In this document: positions 34,404-58,840 of the stretch, piece after piece
Numbering within the stretch: position 1 is the first letter of the stretch
Layout of the letters: every line of letters starts with the position of its first letter
Assembly: GCA_963693365.1 (NCBI GenBank)
Contig: CAVNZM010000004.1
Coordinates: forward strand, 6,671,093-6,735,092
Reading direction: 5' to 3'
Length of the DNA stretch: 64,000 bases
DNA from: Amoebidium appalachense
Taxonomy: Eukaryota > Protista > Ichthyosporea
Notes under the pieces: generated by a model
What the model saw: only the letters and a program-made list of their open reading frames with translations
The model's database searches: none
What the model was told of the DNA's origin: nothing
Translations under genes and position numbers: made by a program

Positions 34404-35629
34404 GTGCGGGCGTGTGGGTTCCGCCTTTGCATGTCTTTCTCTCTTTTTTTTTTTTCGTTTCTTGTATTTGGTTATATAAATTTATGTACATACTTGTCTT
34501 TGGCGGGTGGCCGCAGTTGTGTCTTTTGACACGCATATGCCTTCAAACCTCTTGAATTGTCTACGCCAGTTATGAAAGGAATTCCACAGCAGCTAGCTAG
34601 GGAAAGCAAAAGCATGGGTTTAGGTGTGATTGGTCCCGACGTGCCTGAACATGGGCAAATTTGGGTTAGCCTGTATGCTTCAAGCCAGTCATTCTGCTGG
34701 GTGGTTTGTGGTTTCAGTCCACAGGGCTAAGAGGGAGCAAGTAGGAGAGACAGACTTCCCTGGGGTAGGGTTTGGAAGAGTAGGCTGGCAGGGGAAGGGG
34801 TGTGTATGTGTGTGGTGGTGAGGGGAGGGGGGGGGGGGGGGGGGGGAGGAGAAACAAGTAGAAGTGTTGTATCTCGCTTTAGCGTAAGTAGGACGTAGAC
34901 AAGCAATCAAGCAAGAAGTACGTAAGCAGTGAATACAGGCCCGTGCCACGTATCTGAGTACCATCATTCGGTTAACTCACCTGTCTCCTACGGTTGGGCT
35001 CTTCCCCCCCCCCCCCCCCCCCCAGCCTGCACGCTTAAAATGTTTGATTTTGGATTTCCCATTTTGTGACGTTTTGTTGATGCTCGTTGTTGTATCCTCC
35101 ATATTTCCAACCCTCTAACGCATACATCACCCCCCCCCCCCCCCCCCCCCCTCCCCACCCCCTCCCTCTTGTATGCTTCTTAGGCTAGCCTCTCTGTGCA
35201 TGTGGGCGTGATTGTTACCTCTGGTTTGAAATGAGGTCCAAGCTTCCACGGCCTGTTTTCTTTCACACTGTGTATCGGTCACCCCTCGTGCCCCCCTCCC
35301 CCCTTTCCCCCCTCCCCCCCGTCTATTTCGCTCTTGCCTTCCCCTCGGGTGTTGGGAACGACCTTGCTCTTGCTCACACTATGTCTTTCCCTCTCCCCCT
35401 CCCCCCTCCCCCCCCCCCCCTCCCCCCTCTCTCTCTTCTCCCTCTTTCCCCCCTCCTTCCCCCCTTCGGATAATGGGCTTTACGTCTGTTATTTGTCTGT
35501 TCTGTTTCCCCAAGTCCACCTGACATATGCAGCAAACGTTGTTGAAAATCCCCCTCTCCCCCTCCCCCTCTCCCTTCGCAGCTCCCGTTCCCTTTCCCAG
35601 TGTTTCTACTTTGCCTCCCCACCTAAGCC

Positions 35630-35825
35630 CTCCCTGAGGATGGGCTCTGCTTATGACGCATACTGTGCGCATGGCTGATGTTGCATACTTGAATGTTTGC
35701 CTTTGCATGTGTCGCGTGCTGTGCCGTGCACGCAGTATCATAGAGAGATCACGAAGGGGCACGCACGTGCGTGATTGCGCCTCATCGTGTATGCGTACTT
35801 CGTACCGTGTTCCGCATTCAAACCC
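35630..35825 (+). repeat. Copy of dispersed repeat (CCCTGAGGATGGGCTCTGCTTATGACGCATACTG...GCATTCAAACCC)
   Basis: Matches the terminal repeats of the elements at 42430-42990 and 62930-63525, with an internal insertion. Confidence 0.8.
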
Positions 35826-35981
35826 CCCCCCCCCCCCCCCCCCGTGGAAGCACACAAACAACCCATCTGAAATCACACAATCAACTATGTAGGTGCATCC
35901 ATATGAACATATTTACGTGCGCCTATGAACACGCACACAACACATGCAAGAACACACGCGCGCGCCCACACATACAAGCAC

Positions 35982-36016
<35 letters not shown>

Positions 36017-37255
36017 CCTGTGTTCCCTCCTGCCCCTTTGCCACATCTCAACCCCCATGTTCCCACGTCAATCCTTCCTCCCCAGGTCATCTCTGTGCAT
36101 GTTTGGTCTTTCTCGATTATGAGTTCCCTTCAGCTCTCCACCTTGGCATTCGATTTATCAACTTCCATCTCAGAGCAAGTCGATCCCTGTCCCCCTTGTT
36201 TACCCCTTGTTTATCGGATTATCTTGCGTTTGTGTGTTCTCCTCTTGCACAATTCCCTCCCGTCCCCTCGAGCTCCCCCCTCCCCGCCCTCCCCCCCCTC
36301 CCCCCCCCCCCCCCTCTCCCCCCCCCCCTCCTTCCCGACCCCCGACCCTTATTATGGGCATAGGGGCAACCCGTGTTTCTCTTGATCAAGACACTCAGTG
36401 AGACGTGAGGGATCGAGTGATGGGGGACTCTTGTTCTTGTGATAACACTCTGTCAACTGCAGGCCCAGGGGGCAGGAAGGGGTGAGGGGACCAGGAAGTA
36501 GAAAGGGTGTATTACTTTTACAAGTGATGAGTGAAATCAAGGGACATAAAATGAGCATTTCTAGGCTTCTCTTTATTTCCACACGGAGAACCTCGCGATC
36601 ATGGTTGTGGGTTGACCGAAAGCGATGCACATCATGGGTCATCGGGATGTCCATTGCAAACGTATGAATGTATGGTGTTTGTACCTATTTAACCAAGGGG
36701 AATGGTTGGTGAAAATGGGCTGCTCGCTCGCAGATCTGTGGCTGTTAAAGGTCCCAGCACACATGTGGCTCGCATTCGCCATTTGCCTCAAAACATACGC
36801 GCAGTCGACACTTGAACGCCACCTCCCAGTGAGGCTGAGTGGTGTTGGCGATGGGTGCCAACATAAATGGTTCATACATTTCAGCTTTTTGATGCGCTGC
36901 GAACGAATAAGAACGCAAGTATCCACGGGTACATTCCTAAACCATGTATAAGATCACGTTTTTTCATCGTTCTCTTTTTGGTTGGTGCCACGCTGTTCCT
37001 GGCCACACACAAGTTGTACGTTTGTAGGCCGACAGCGTCTCCCAGTAGTCTGTTAGTGCCCTTCCTGTGCTTTTCATTCCTCCCCGTGGTTTTCATTCCT
37101 AAGGATTATCTGTGGGCTCGGAGACTAGAACTTTAATGCTCTGTTGGACTACTTATTTTCATTTCATCCATAAGCAGTCAGGCTTTCCGTTCCCTCCCTA
37201 CCGGTACCCGTACCTTTGTATATAAGAAAACTATGTGGTCGTCACCAAAACAAAC

Positions 37256-48757
<11,502 letters not shown>

Positions 48758-51137
48758 TGTGAGGGGACGGGACGGCTTGGATCATGGTATGAATGGGGCG
48801 TGGTGCTGTGGCGGGTAACTGGCTGTGCTTAATGGTGGGTGTTGTTGGATTTTTCGGGCTTTTGTAGTGTGATGCAAGCCGCTGCATGGAAGCGGAATCT
48901 TGTCTTCGGCGGGTGTTTGTTAGAACGGCGGCTATGGTAGCTGTCCGAAACATAATCTAGGGTGCAGGTGGTTAAGTGTGTGTTGTATGCATGGCACAAG
49001 CATACAATCAGATGTATATATGCATTCCACAGACGTTGGTGTAGGGCAAGGAGGTACTAAAGACGGTAAACTTTAAGATCATATGTACCCATAGTGTGTG
49101 TACATAGCGTGTGTTGACCTTGTGACTTGTATTTTTGATCATGTGTATATTTCATTTCTTTGTCAAGTAGTACTAGTTCTGGGTGGGTAGCAGCCTGTCC
49201 CATTGTCTCCTAGTTTAGCCAGAAAAGTGTGTAAACCTTAGCTAGCGTGGATGCCTTTAAGAGGTGTCACTTGGACCAGATAAACTTTACTTAGCCATCA
49301 CACATTGTTTGAATGAGACATGAATTAGATAGTTGAATGTGCATTTGGCCGCTTTATATCACATAGCCACACATGTAAACTCCCACGGCTGAGTTAGTTA
49401 TGGCACAACTTTGTAGATGCGAGCCGGTCTAAGTTTAAGGGAAGTGTAGCACGCTTAAAACTAATATAGAGCTATTCTTAGAATCCCTTGGGTGATGGTG
49501 TGTTATCACCAAATGTAGTCAACACGAGGCCTGGGAACAGCTATCGTACGTATGTGCCCGAATTCATGAAGTAAAACATTCGACAGAGAAAAAGATATGC
49601 TCTGAGTGGACTATATAATCATTAGTGATGTTTAACCAGCCCCCCCCCCCCCCCCCACAAAAAAAAAAAAAAAAAAAAAAAACCCAACCCAACCACCACC
49701 ACCACTACTGGGAAGGCCGCATTACCCTCCTCCTTTTCCCCCAAAACCCTCTCCGATCCCCCCATCCCCAACGTCCCCATGCTGCTCCCTCACAAGAGCC
49801 TCTTCTCCACCTTCTCCACCCACACCAATGCATCTACTTATCTTCGGGTTCCGGTCGACACTGCTGCTGCAATACTTTTGAAAATTATTAGGGTGACGCA
49901 ATCGGTGCTGGCAGGCCTTGTGCTACGTATGTGCGCGTACGTATCCTGTGTGTGTATTATGACCTGTGTCTGTGCACACACGTGTGTTTGTGTAGCACCC
50001 GGCGTTAACCATACCTAATTCAGCAGTATCATTCGTCTTGGCACAACTGGTTCAATTCTGCTTTCTGCCGATTATTTCTGCTTTTCGGAGAATAATTTAC
50101 TCTTGAAGTAAACGTATTCTGCTTTGCAGAATATATCCGCAAATTCAAGGGTCAGAATTAGCATAATTTGCGTAAGGATTTTGTTTTAGGCAGAATCTAA
50201 AACCAGATTACTAAATAGAGTTTGCTGTTGTCAGCTGATTACTTCTGTTTACCGGACGAACCTATTTTTTAAAGAATAATTCTGCTCTTGCAGGATACTT
50301 CTGCATTTGTCGAATATTTCTGCTCTACACAGTATAATACTCCGAGAGTTTGATTTTGCATGCACAACGGAGTGAGTCAAAGGCAGAATGACCAAAGCAG
50401 AGGATTTTGCTCAACCCAACACTTTGCCGAATGATTCTTTTGTTTTCAAAATTAATCTGCTCGCAGCAATCGCAAGGTCATTCTCAGTGATTGTGTTCGG
50501 GCCCATTAAGTGTGTGTCTTACTATCTGTATAACGCTTGGTGTTGGGCTCCGCCGCTATCAACGGTAAAGTGTTTGTGCAGCATATCATGTTGTTTAAGG
50601 AAACACACCAAAAAATTTGGTGATTCAATTAGTGTGTTGTTCCATGTGCCTCTGTGTGTGGCACTTATTCTGTGCACACATGTGCGTCTGCTAAGAAGGG
50701 ATTTAAATGCCTCCCCCCCCCCCCCCCCCCCCCCCGGCCTCCCCCCTCCCCATTGCCTCCTTCCCAACAGCGTTTTAATATTCCAATTTTTAAACGTCAA
50801 TGTTCCCGTTCAACAGTTTTTTGGTGGTCAAACTGAGGCTTAAGGCATGTTGCTGCCCAACCTGCCTACTGATGTAGCACGCCTAGGAAAGGGTTAAAAT
50901 GGAAACGGGACGGCCTTGGGTTCACATGTACAGAGGCCTGGTGGAGGGGGAGGGGGAGGGGGAGGGGGGGGTGAGGGGGAAGAGACCTGGGGGGGTGTTA
51001 TAACCATGTTCAATGAACTCCGACCTTGGAAAACCAATGTAACAGTTGTAACGGTCACCTCAAAGCCCGACGATTGTGCAGGGAAGGTGTGTTTATTCCT
51101 TTCATATTTTTTATTTTTTTCTTTTTTTCTTTTTTTT

Positions 51138-51233
<96 letters not shown>

Positions 51234-51470
51234 GATTTATAAGCCTCAACAATATTAATTGACAAATTTGCGGCTAGTGTATTCCTTCCCCACCCCCCCC
51301 CCCACCCCCCCATCCCCCCCCCCCCCCCCCCCCCCCCACCTCCCCAGCCATCCACCCCACCCCATTCCCCCCCCCCCCCCCCCCCCCCCAACTCCTCGGC
51401 TCCCCGGGGAAAAACTCGCTGATAATCATCCTGAACGTTTATGCCTCAGCCTGGCCCCACGTCCCCGCCC

Positions 51471-51504
<34 letters not shown>

Positions 51505-52631
51505 CCTCTTCTCGGCCCCCCATACCCTACCTCCCCATCCCCCCCTTCTCTCCTAGGCCTCCCCCCCATGTTGCCCAGGCTGTGAAATTATAATTAGGGG
51601 GTTTAGGGCCAGAAAATTGCCCATGAAAGACCGAAAATTGTCCCTAGCTTTTTAGGGTTAGGTCCATCAATTTTCTATGAACTGGCCCTAACAGAGTAAA
51701 TTATATAATAAATACACCTAAAAACGGTTGTTGGCTCTGTTAGGGCCATCCAGGCTTGTGGAAAGTTACCAAAATGGCGTTTATATCTTTAGCCGATATG
51801 ACCAGGATGCCCTGAGCGGTTTGTCTGGATCTCCAAAATTGTTTTAAACCCTGTATTATTTGTGTGTTTCTGAACTTTCAAACTGCTTGGCCAATCAGCG
51901 TGCGGATGACAACAAAGTGTATCAACGTGCTCCAGGCACGGAAAGGAGACAAGACAGACTCTCAAAGAGACACTGACCTCGTGATAACGTGGGCGAGCCT
52001 GTATTGTCGGACGTGCGCGAGAGCTACGACACGTGGCAGCAAGAAAGGATCAGACCTGAACGAGAGAGCGCCAGCGAGAGACTGAGCTGGCATGATGCGT
52101 GCGGCAGGCTAGGGTCATGCCAGGGGGGTCTATCAGAGAGGGGGGTCTATAGGCCCGACTATCCAAGGGATATCTCGCTTATACATCCCCCGGGCGGCGG
52201 TGAGCTCGCCCCGAGCTTATGCAAAAGAGACAAGGGTAAGCAAAAGCAAAAACAGTAGGCAGAGCTAGCTAGAGACAACGAAAAGAGAAGGTAAGCAGAG
52301 AGGTGAGAAAGCTATCGCCCGGCCAGCGGGTTGCTAAGAGACACCGATGGGGAGTGTCGCACGTGGCTGTGGCAAAGTCCCAAAATCCATCAGCCATTTC
52401 CACTATAGGACACTGCACAGCAGGGGAAGCCCTATAATGGCCCATCATATACATTACATGCCATTTTAAATATACATTTTTGCTGCGGCTATACCGTGAC
52501 ACACTAAGTCTAGATCTAAAGGGCACGTGCGACTGAGTGCATGCGTCAAGAGTGCGGGTGCATGAGGTGTGCGGTATGTACCAGTGTGTGTGCCTGTGTG
52601 CGTGTGTGTGGCAGTGTGCGTGTACATATGC

Positions 52632-52745
<114 letters not shown>

Positions 52746-53163
52746 TTACCTTACTCAGCAGCATCCGGTCACGAGGTATCAGTTTTGTGGCAGTTAACTT
52801 AGTCCAGGCGGTCCCTGGTACTTTTGTAGTAGCCAGATCGAGTGGCCGGTGTGTCTGTCTTTGTGGAGGTAGTAGTGGTCGCCATTGGGGGCTCGGGCTC
52901 TACCTGGTGCAAGCCAGGTGAATTGGTGTGGCGTATTTATGTGGCCGTCGGGTGCCTGCCAGGATGGTGGTGGCGGGGCGGGAGGCGGTGATGGTAACCT
53001 CTCGGTCCGGCGGTGTCGCTTTCGTGTACGGGGCGGGGTAGGTGGCGGTGTGCGGGTTGGGGATGAGGGCGGAGGCGGGGGTGGAGGCATAGGTGGAGGG
53101 GTGGCAGGGCGGAATTGTGTGTCTTCTGGTAGATCGGCCTCGTCAAGGGGTTGAGCAAACGCG

Positions 53164-53220
<57 letters not shown>

Positions 53221-53258
53221 TTGGGGTATCATTAACTTACCAACAACTTTCCCCACAG

Positions 53259-53935
53259 AACCTCATCCCCCTCATCAACCGGCTACTATCCCACTGGTGT
53301 CCCCACCTCACCGCACCCACCCACTTTGTGCAGCGGAACATGCGTGTTACTGTGACCGTCTCCTATATCTTGATGACTTATTCGGTGGCCGTGGCTGTTA
53401 GTGACCTTGGCACAGTGTTTGCCGTCCTTGGCTCCACCGAGTGTGTTGTTGCGTGCTTCGTCATGCCCGGTATCCTCTACTATTGCAATTTCGGGCACCT
53501 CGCTGATACGGTGCTAAAGGTGGCGCTATTCAGGAAAAATAAGGTTTTAATGACAAGAGAGTGATGGTCTGTGCGGCCAGCCAAAATTATAAGTCACACG
53601 AAGTTGAATTGGTTGAAGCGATGAAAGAACTTCAAGACAACAAGGGGGGACGGATGGAATCCGATGCCGCTAGCAGTGCAATAGAGGAAAACGTAATTGA
53701 GATTGAGAGTGGGGGGGAGGAGAAGGACAGTCGTACGTGTGAGGGCCAGGGGATACCTACAGGTGGAGGGGTGGTAATCGATCTGCATCCCCGAAATTCG
53801 GTAGTGGGAGGGGGGGTCGCCGTGGGGGGGTCCGAGACAATTGCTGCGAGGCTGAAGATGTGGGGGGCCGTGGTGATGGCGGCTGCAATGATCTTGAACA
53901 TTCCATTGGGGGTCTATTCGAGCCTGGATGCATAA
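53259..53935 (+). pseudogene. C-terminal fragment of an SLC38/Aa_trans-family amino-acid transporter with a frameshift
   Basis: RVTVTVSYILMTYSVAVAVSDLGTVFAVLGSTECVVACFVMPGILYY resembles SLC38 TM9-10. The frame stops at 53564 and the last TM helix (MWGAVVMAAAMILNIPLGVY) lies in another frame. At most one possible upstream exon (~49800-49926); no N-terminal exons found after PHTF. Confidence 0.65.
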
Positions 53936-54081
53936 GGAAAATTACTATGCATAAGGAAGATTTCAGTTGGTGGTATGATGGTATGTAGGATAACAGGTTA
54001 CATGTAAAGTTTTGATTTGAACACTATTACTGTTGTGACTTAAGCCCGTGTAAACCTTTTTTTTTTTTTCCTCCAAACTTT

Positions 54082-54112
<31 letters not shown>

Positions 54113-54777
54113 TTTTTTTTTTTTCCCTTTTCCCCTCTTATACGTAAAAGTAGCCCAGGTCACTAATCTTGCCGCAACTTCAAAAACTACGACAACTGGT
54201 ATTATAATGGCCTTGTGCTAAACCTTCCTGGGGTAAAACCACAAGCAAGGTATGATGCGATTATGGCATATCTCAAACATTTCCGTAGTCTTTTACATCT
54301 AAATGGAATGCTATTTTATGGATTTAGTTCCTGCTAGAAAAATCAGTATACTATCTAATTATCCGTTTTGAAACGGTACTCTCGACCTCAGCGTAGATAG
54401 CAGCAATTCTGAAAAAAAACGTATTCATTAAGATATGCACACGGTGCAAAATCTAAAATCATGATAGAATTCGAAGAGATCATTAAATTTTGGGCCCTGC
54501 GAAGATATTCTAATCATCGAGCCTCGATGATGATGTACATGTGTACCGTGATGCACGTGCCAGCGTGAATCCTATCAACCAGAACACTACTAGTGGCCAC
54601 GGTGTATGTATGCGCAAGACTGTAATGATTCTCTGATCCAATCACCTCCATAATCATTGACCCCCCCCCCCCCCCCCCCCCCCCCCCATGGCACCCCATC
54701 TGCACCACCATTACCGTCTCCCCCCCCCCCCCCCCCCCCCCCCTCCCCCCCCCCCCCCCCCCCCCCCCCCTCCCCCC

Positions 54778-54814
<37 letters not shown>

Positions 54815-55127
54815 GGGCGCCCCATCTGTACCACCATCTCCGTGACCACCACCCCACCTCCCCACCCACCATCCCTCCATCCCAATCACAACATCCCCGA
54901 TTCTAAGACTATGTACAAATAAACCTCACCCAGCGGAACTTGCTATTATAAGTGGTAGTGATTATTCTTATTAGCCGTTGAGCCGTAACGGTTGCCGCAT
55001 CTGTTTTGTGTGTTCGTGTGTGTGTGCGTGTACACGTATATCTCTCTCTGTGTGTATGTGTGTGTGTATGTGTGTGTATCTCTCTCTCTGTGTGTGTGCC
55101 AGTGTATGTATGTGTGTGTGTGCGTGT

Positions 55128-55178
<51 letters not shown>

Positions 55179-55577
55179 CAATTTACGTGTATGTGTGTAC
55201 GTGCAAACGTGTGTGTGTAGGCGTGTGTGCAAGACTTAGTATGGGTGACTGTTCGTGTGTGTTTGTGTGTGTGCGAGCTGTGTGTGTTGATATATGTACG
55301 TGTGTGCGTGTGTGCAAAAGTGTGTGTGTGTGTGAGTGTATGATGATTGTGTGAGCGTGGCCCTGGCGGTATGGTTGTGTATGTGTGCGTGCGTGCTATG
55401 TGTGTGCATGTGTGCGTGCGTGCTGTGTGTGCATGTGTGCACGTGTGTGTGTGTGTGGGTGTCAGTGTGTGCACGTGCGTGGATGTGTGTGTGTGTATGT
55501 GTGCGTGTGTGTCTGTGTGTGCGTGCGTGCATGCGTGTATGGTTGAGTGTGAGTTTATATACATGCGTGTGAAATTC

Positions 55578-55641
<64 letters not shown>

Positions 55642-55914
55642 TGTGTGTACACGTGTGTTTGTCAACGGTATGTGCGTGCATGTGCATGTGTGTGTGTGTG
55701 TGTGTGTGTGTATGCCGCGTGTGTGCGTGTGTGTGGTGTGTTTTTGTGCACGCATGCGAATACGGTGTGGGTGCGCGCGAGATAGAGAGGGGGGGGAGGT
55801 GGAGGGGAGAGGGGGGGGGAGGGGAGGGGGGGAGAGGAGGGGGAGAGAGAGAGAGAGTTCGCGATTGAGAAAAGAGATCTCGAGAGTCTCAGAGCTCGAG
55901 AGTCTCGAGCATGC

Positions 55915-55973
<59 letters not shown>

Positions 55974-55990
55974 CAAATAAGAAAGAGAGG

Positions 55991-56052
<62 letters not shown>

Positions 56053-57154
56053 GAAGGGGGGATGCGTGCCGCATGATGTGTGTGTACGGTGGTGTGTTAC
56101 GTGTTGCAACTAATTTAATATGTGCGTGAGCGCTTACACCTCAATGCCACACCGCAGCATATCCCCCTCCCCCCCTCCTTTTCCTGGATAGGTTTGAAGG
56201 TTAAAAATTAACGTTCGAGGCCGGGGTTGGGGTTGCCAATGGGGGGACTGTGTTTTGGGGCGGGCGGAGGAGGGTCCCGGAGGGGGTATCGGTGTTCGTG
56301 TAGTTTGGTGTACCATGTGACGCTGACGCTGTGTGCACGCGTATGGTATGTTTGTCACGGTCACGGTGGTGTGCATGTGCATGTGTATTTGTGGATACAT
56401 GTAACGCGTGTGGTGTGTGCGTCTTTTGAGTAACAATTTGGTGTGTGTGTGTGTGTGTGTTTGTGTAAAGGCCTGTTGAAGGTGTGGTGTGTGGATGTGT
56501 ATTTGTGTAACGGTGTGTGCGACTGTGTTGTGTGTGTCTTTGTGTAACACACGTTGTGGTGTGTGCGAGTGTTTGTGTCAAAGTGTGGTGTTCGTACTGT
56601 TTTGGACGGCAACACGGGCATCATGACTCGAAAGCAAGCGCTCACCACCCCTCTCTCATGCAGAAGGAATGATTCTCGAGCGTGTGAAAGCAAGCGCTCA
56701 CCACCCCTCTTTCTCATGCAGAAGGAATGATTCTCGAGCGTGTATACTTGACGGCAGAAAGGCATTTGGGTGCAGCATCAACACTACCACACACCACCCA
56801 AGCCAAGCCACGTGCAGCCGCTGAGAGCCCATCGATTGAGTGGAGTCCTTTAGTGTGCTTGTGCAAACCCAACGAGCCATTGCTGCGGCGGATGCATATA
56901 TAGTGGAACGAGGGCAACCGTCCACAATGAACAGTCAGCTATCGGCACCATGCAACTGGAAGTTTGGCCGTGTGCGCGCACACGTGGGGACCAGCAGGAT
57001 ACGATACGTAGGCAGAATGTTTATTTACTATTACACGTTATCCTTGTCAGAGCACACGGGCCATATGTACACAGTGCACTGTCGGCACAGCCAGCACACA
57101 AGGGAAGGGCCCTCGGTGCACGTGTGCAGCAAACTAAGCAAAGCATTCAACGGT

Positions 57155-58791
57155 CTAGTTGGCAGCCTGCTGCTTCATGAAGTTGAGCGCCGAGCCGGCC
57201 TTGAACCACTCGATCTGCCCGGCGTTCATGGTGTGGTTGAGGTTGAGGGTGATCTTGCTGCCGTTGGGCTTGGTGACGATGCAGGGCAGGGGCTTGCCGG
57301 GGGCCAGCTGGGTGGCCTTGAGGGTCACGCGGTCCTCGGGGTTGATCTTGTCGTAGTCAGCGGGGTCGGCAAACGTCAGGGGGAGCATACCCTGCTTCTT
57401 GAGGTTGGTCTCTGTGTGTGGTGGGGAGGGTGGTTAGCACAAAGACAGAGGGGCGGATGCTTGGGTATGAGAAAGTCGGAAAGGGCGTGTGGCTTGAGGT
57501 CTAAACGGTCGATAAACGATCACACACATGGGACCAACCATTTTAACCATGTGCTAACATTCTAATCTTGGGATGTGGATGTTCGTTGATCGAGACTAGA
57601 CATTGCCAGGTCACTCCCCTCATCTGAAATGACGGCATACACATTACGGGCTTTCATATGTGCTTACTCAAGAGTTTGTTATTCGTCAATGCAAAATTCT
57701 GGCAGTGCAGGCTGTCCTTCCAAGCTGATATTGGCGCCTGCAGTATGTGGGCAAAAGATCCAAGGATAATGCATCCTGGAGCAAGAGCAAGGAGTGTGTA
57801 ACTCACCGTGGATGCGGGCGAAGGACTTGACGATGATGGCGGAACCACCCAGGTGGCGGGGCTCGAGGGCGGCATGCTCGCGGGAGCTGCCCTCGCCGTA
57901 GTTCTCGTCACCAACAACAACCCACTTGACACCCTGTGCCTTGTACTGGCTGCACGGACCCCAAAAAGTAGAGTCAGCAACATCCTTGTCTGTAGGAGCT
58001 TACATCCCCCCCCCCCCCCCCCCCCCCCCCCAAAATGAACACAGCCACCACACCGCTCCTCCCCTCTTCCCCCCCCCCAAAGTCACCCGAGCACACAGAA
58101 ACTTCGGACAACACCTGTACCTACGCAGGCACACACGCACAGCACATGCAGCCTACACAAAAACAAGGGACACCTACCGGGCAACATCGGGGACACCGGC
58201 AGTCTCACCAGTGAACACGTTGGTCACGGAGTTGGTCTTGCCGTTGGCCTGCATGCAGCAACATCTTAGCAAATGGACAATGTGGTACATGATAAAGAAC
58301 ACTTCCGTATACTGTGAGAACTAGCGCATGCTGACCCAGGACAAAGCAGACATGGGACAAAGAACAACTTGCGGGCCGTAGCTAAAGAAAAAAAAAATGC
58401 ACCATACAACAATGCCACAAGGACGGACCTCACCAAAACCAGACCTGTACATGAATTTCATGTGCATATGTGGGTGCTGGTGCACGGTGTGTATCACGAG
58501 AAAAGGAAGAAAAAAAATTGGGGAGAGGGGAGGTGCTTACAGCGTTGACGGCACCGATGAGCATGTTGTTCGAGATGTTGTCAAGGTGACCACGGTACTT
58601 GAGCCAGGGGCTGTGCACAGCAGCAAGTCAGTTGCCATGTCACAACACACTAACAACGATCATGGTCAATAAATGAAGGCTGTGCCACGGACGGAAATGA
58701 GGCGCACGAAAGAAAGGATATGTTTTGTGAGCTCATCCAATGCAAGGCAGGAAGGTGCACAGGCACAGAGAGAGAGAGAGAGAGAGGGAGG

Positions 58792-58840
<49 letters not shown>

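Noticed and set aside
36086-37136. Possible coding exons upstream of PHTF
   Set aside because: No coherent spliced frame or recognisable motifs; PHTF has a suitable ATG at 37256.
50015-50445. Degenerate inverted repeats with recurring TTCTGC/GCAGAA motifs
   Set aside because: May be an old MITE, but TIR ends and TSD could not be defined.
51918-52361. Possible solo LTR (TGTATCA...TGTCGCA)
   Set aside because: No matching TSD and no second copy in the window; cannot be supported.
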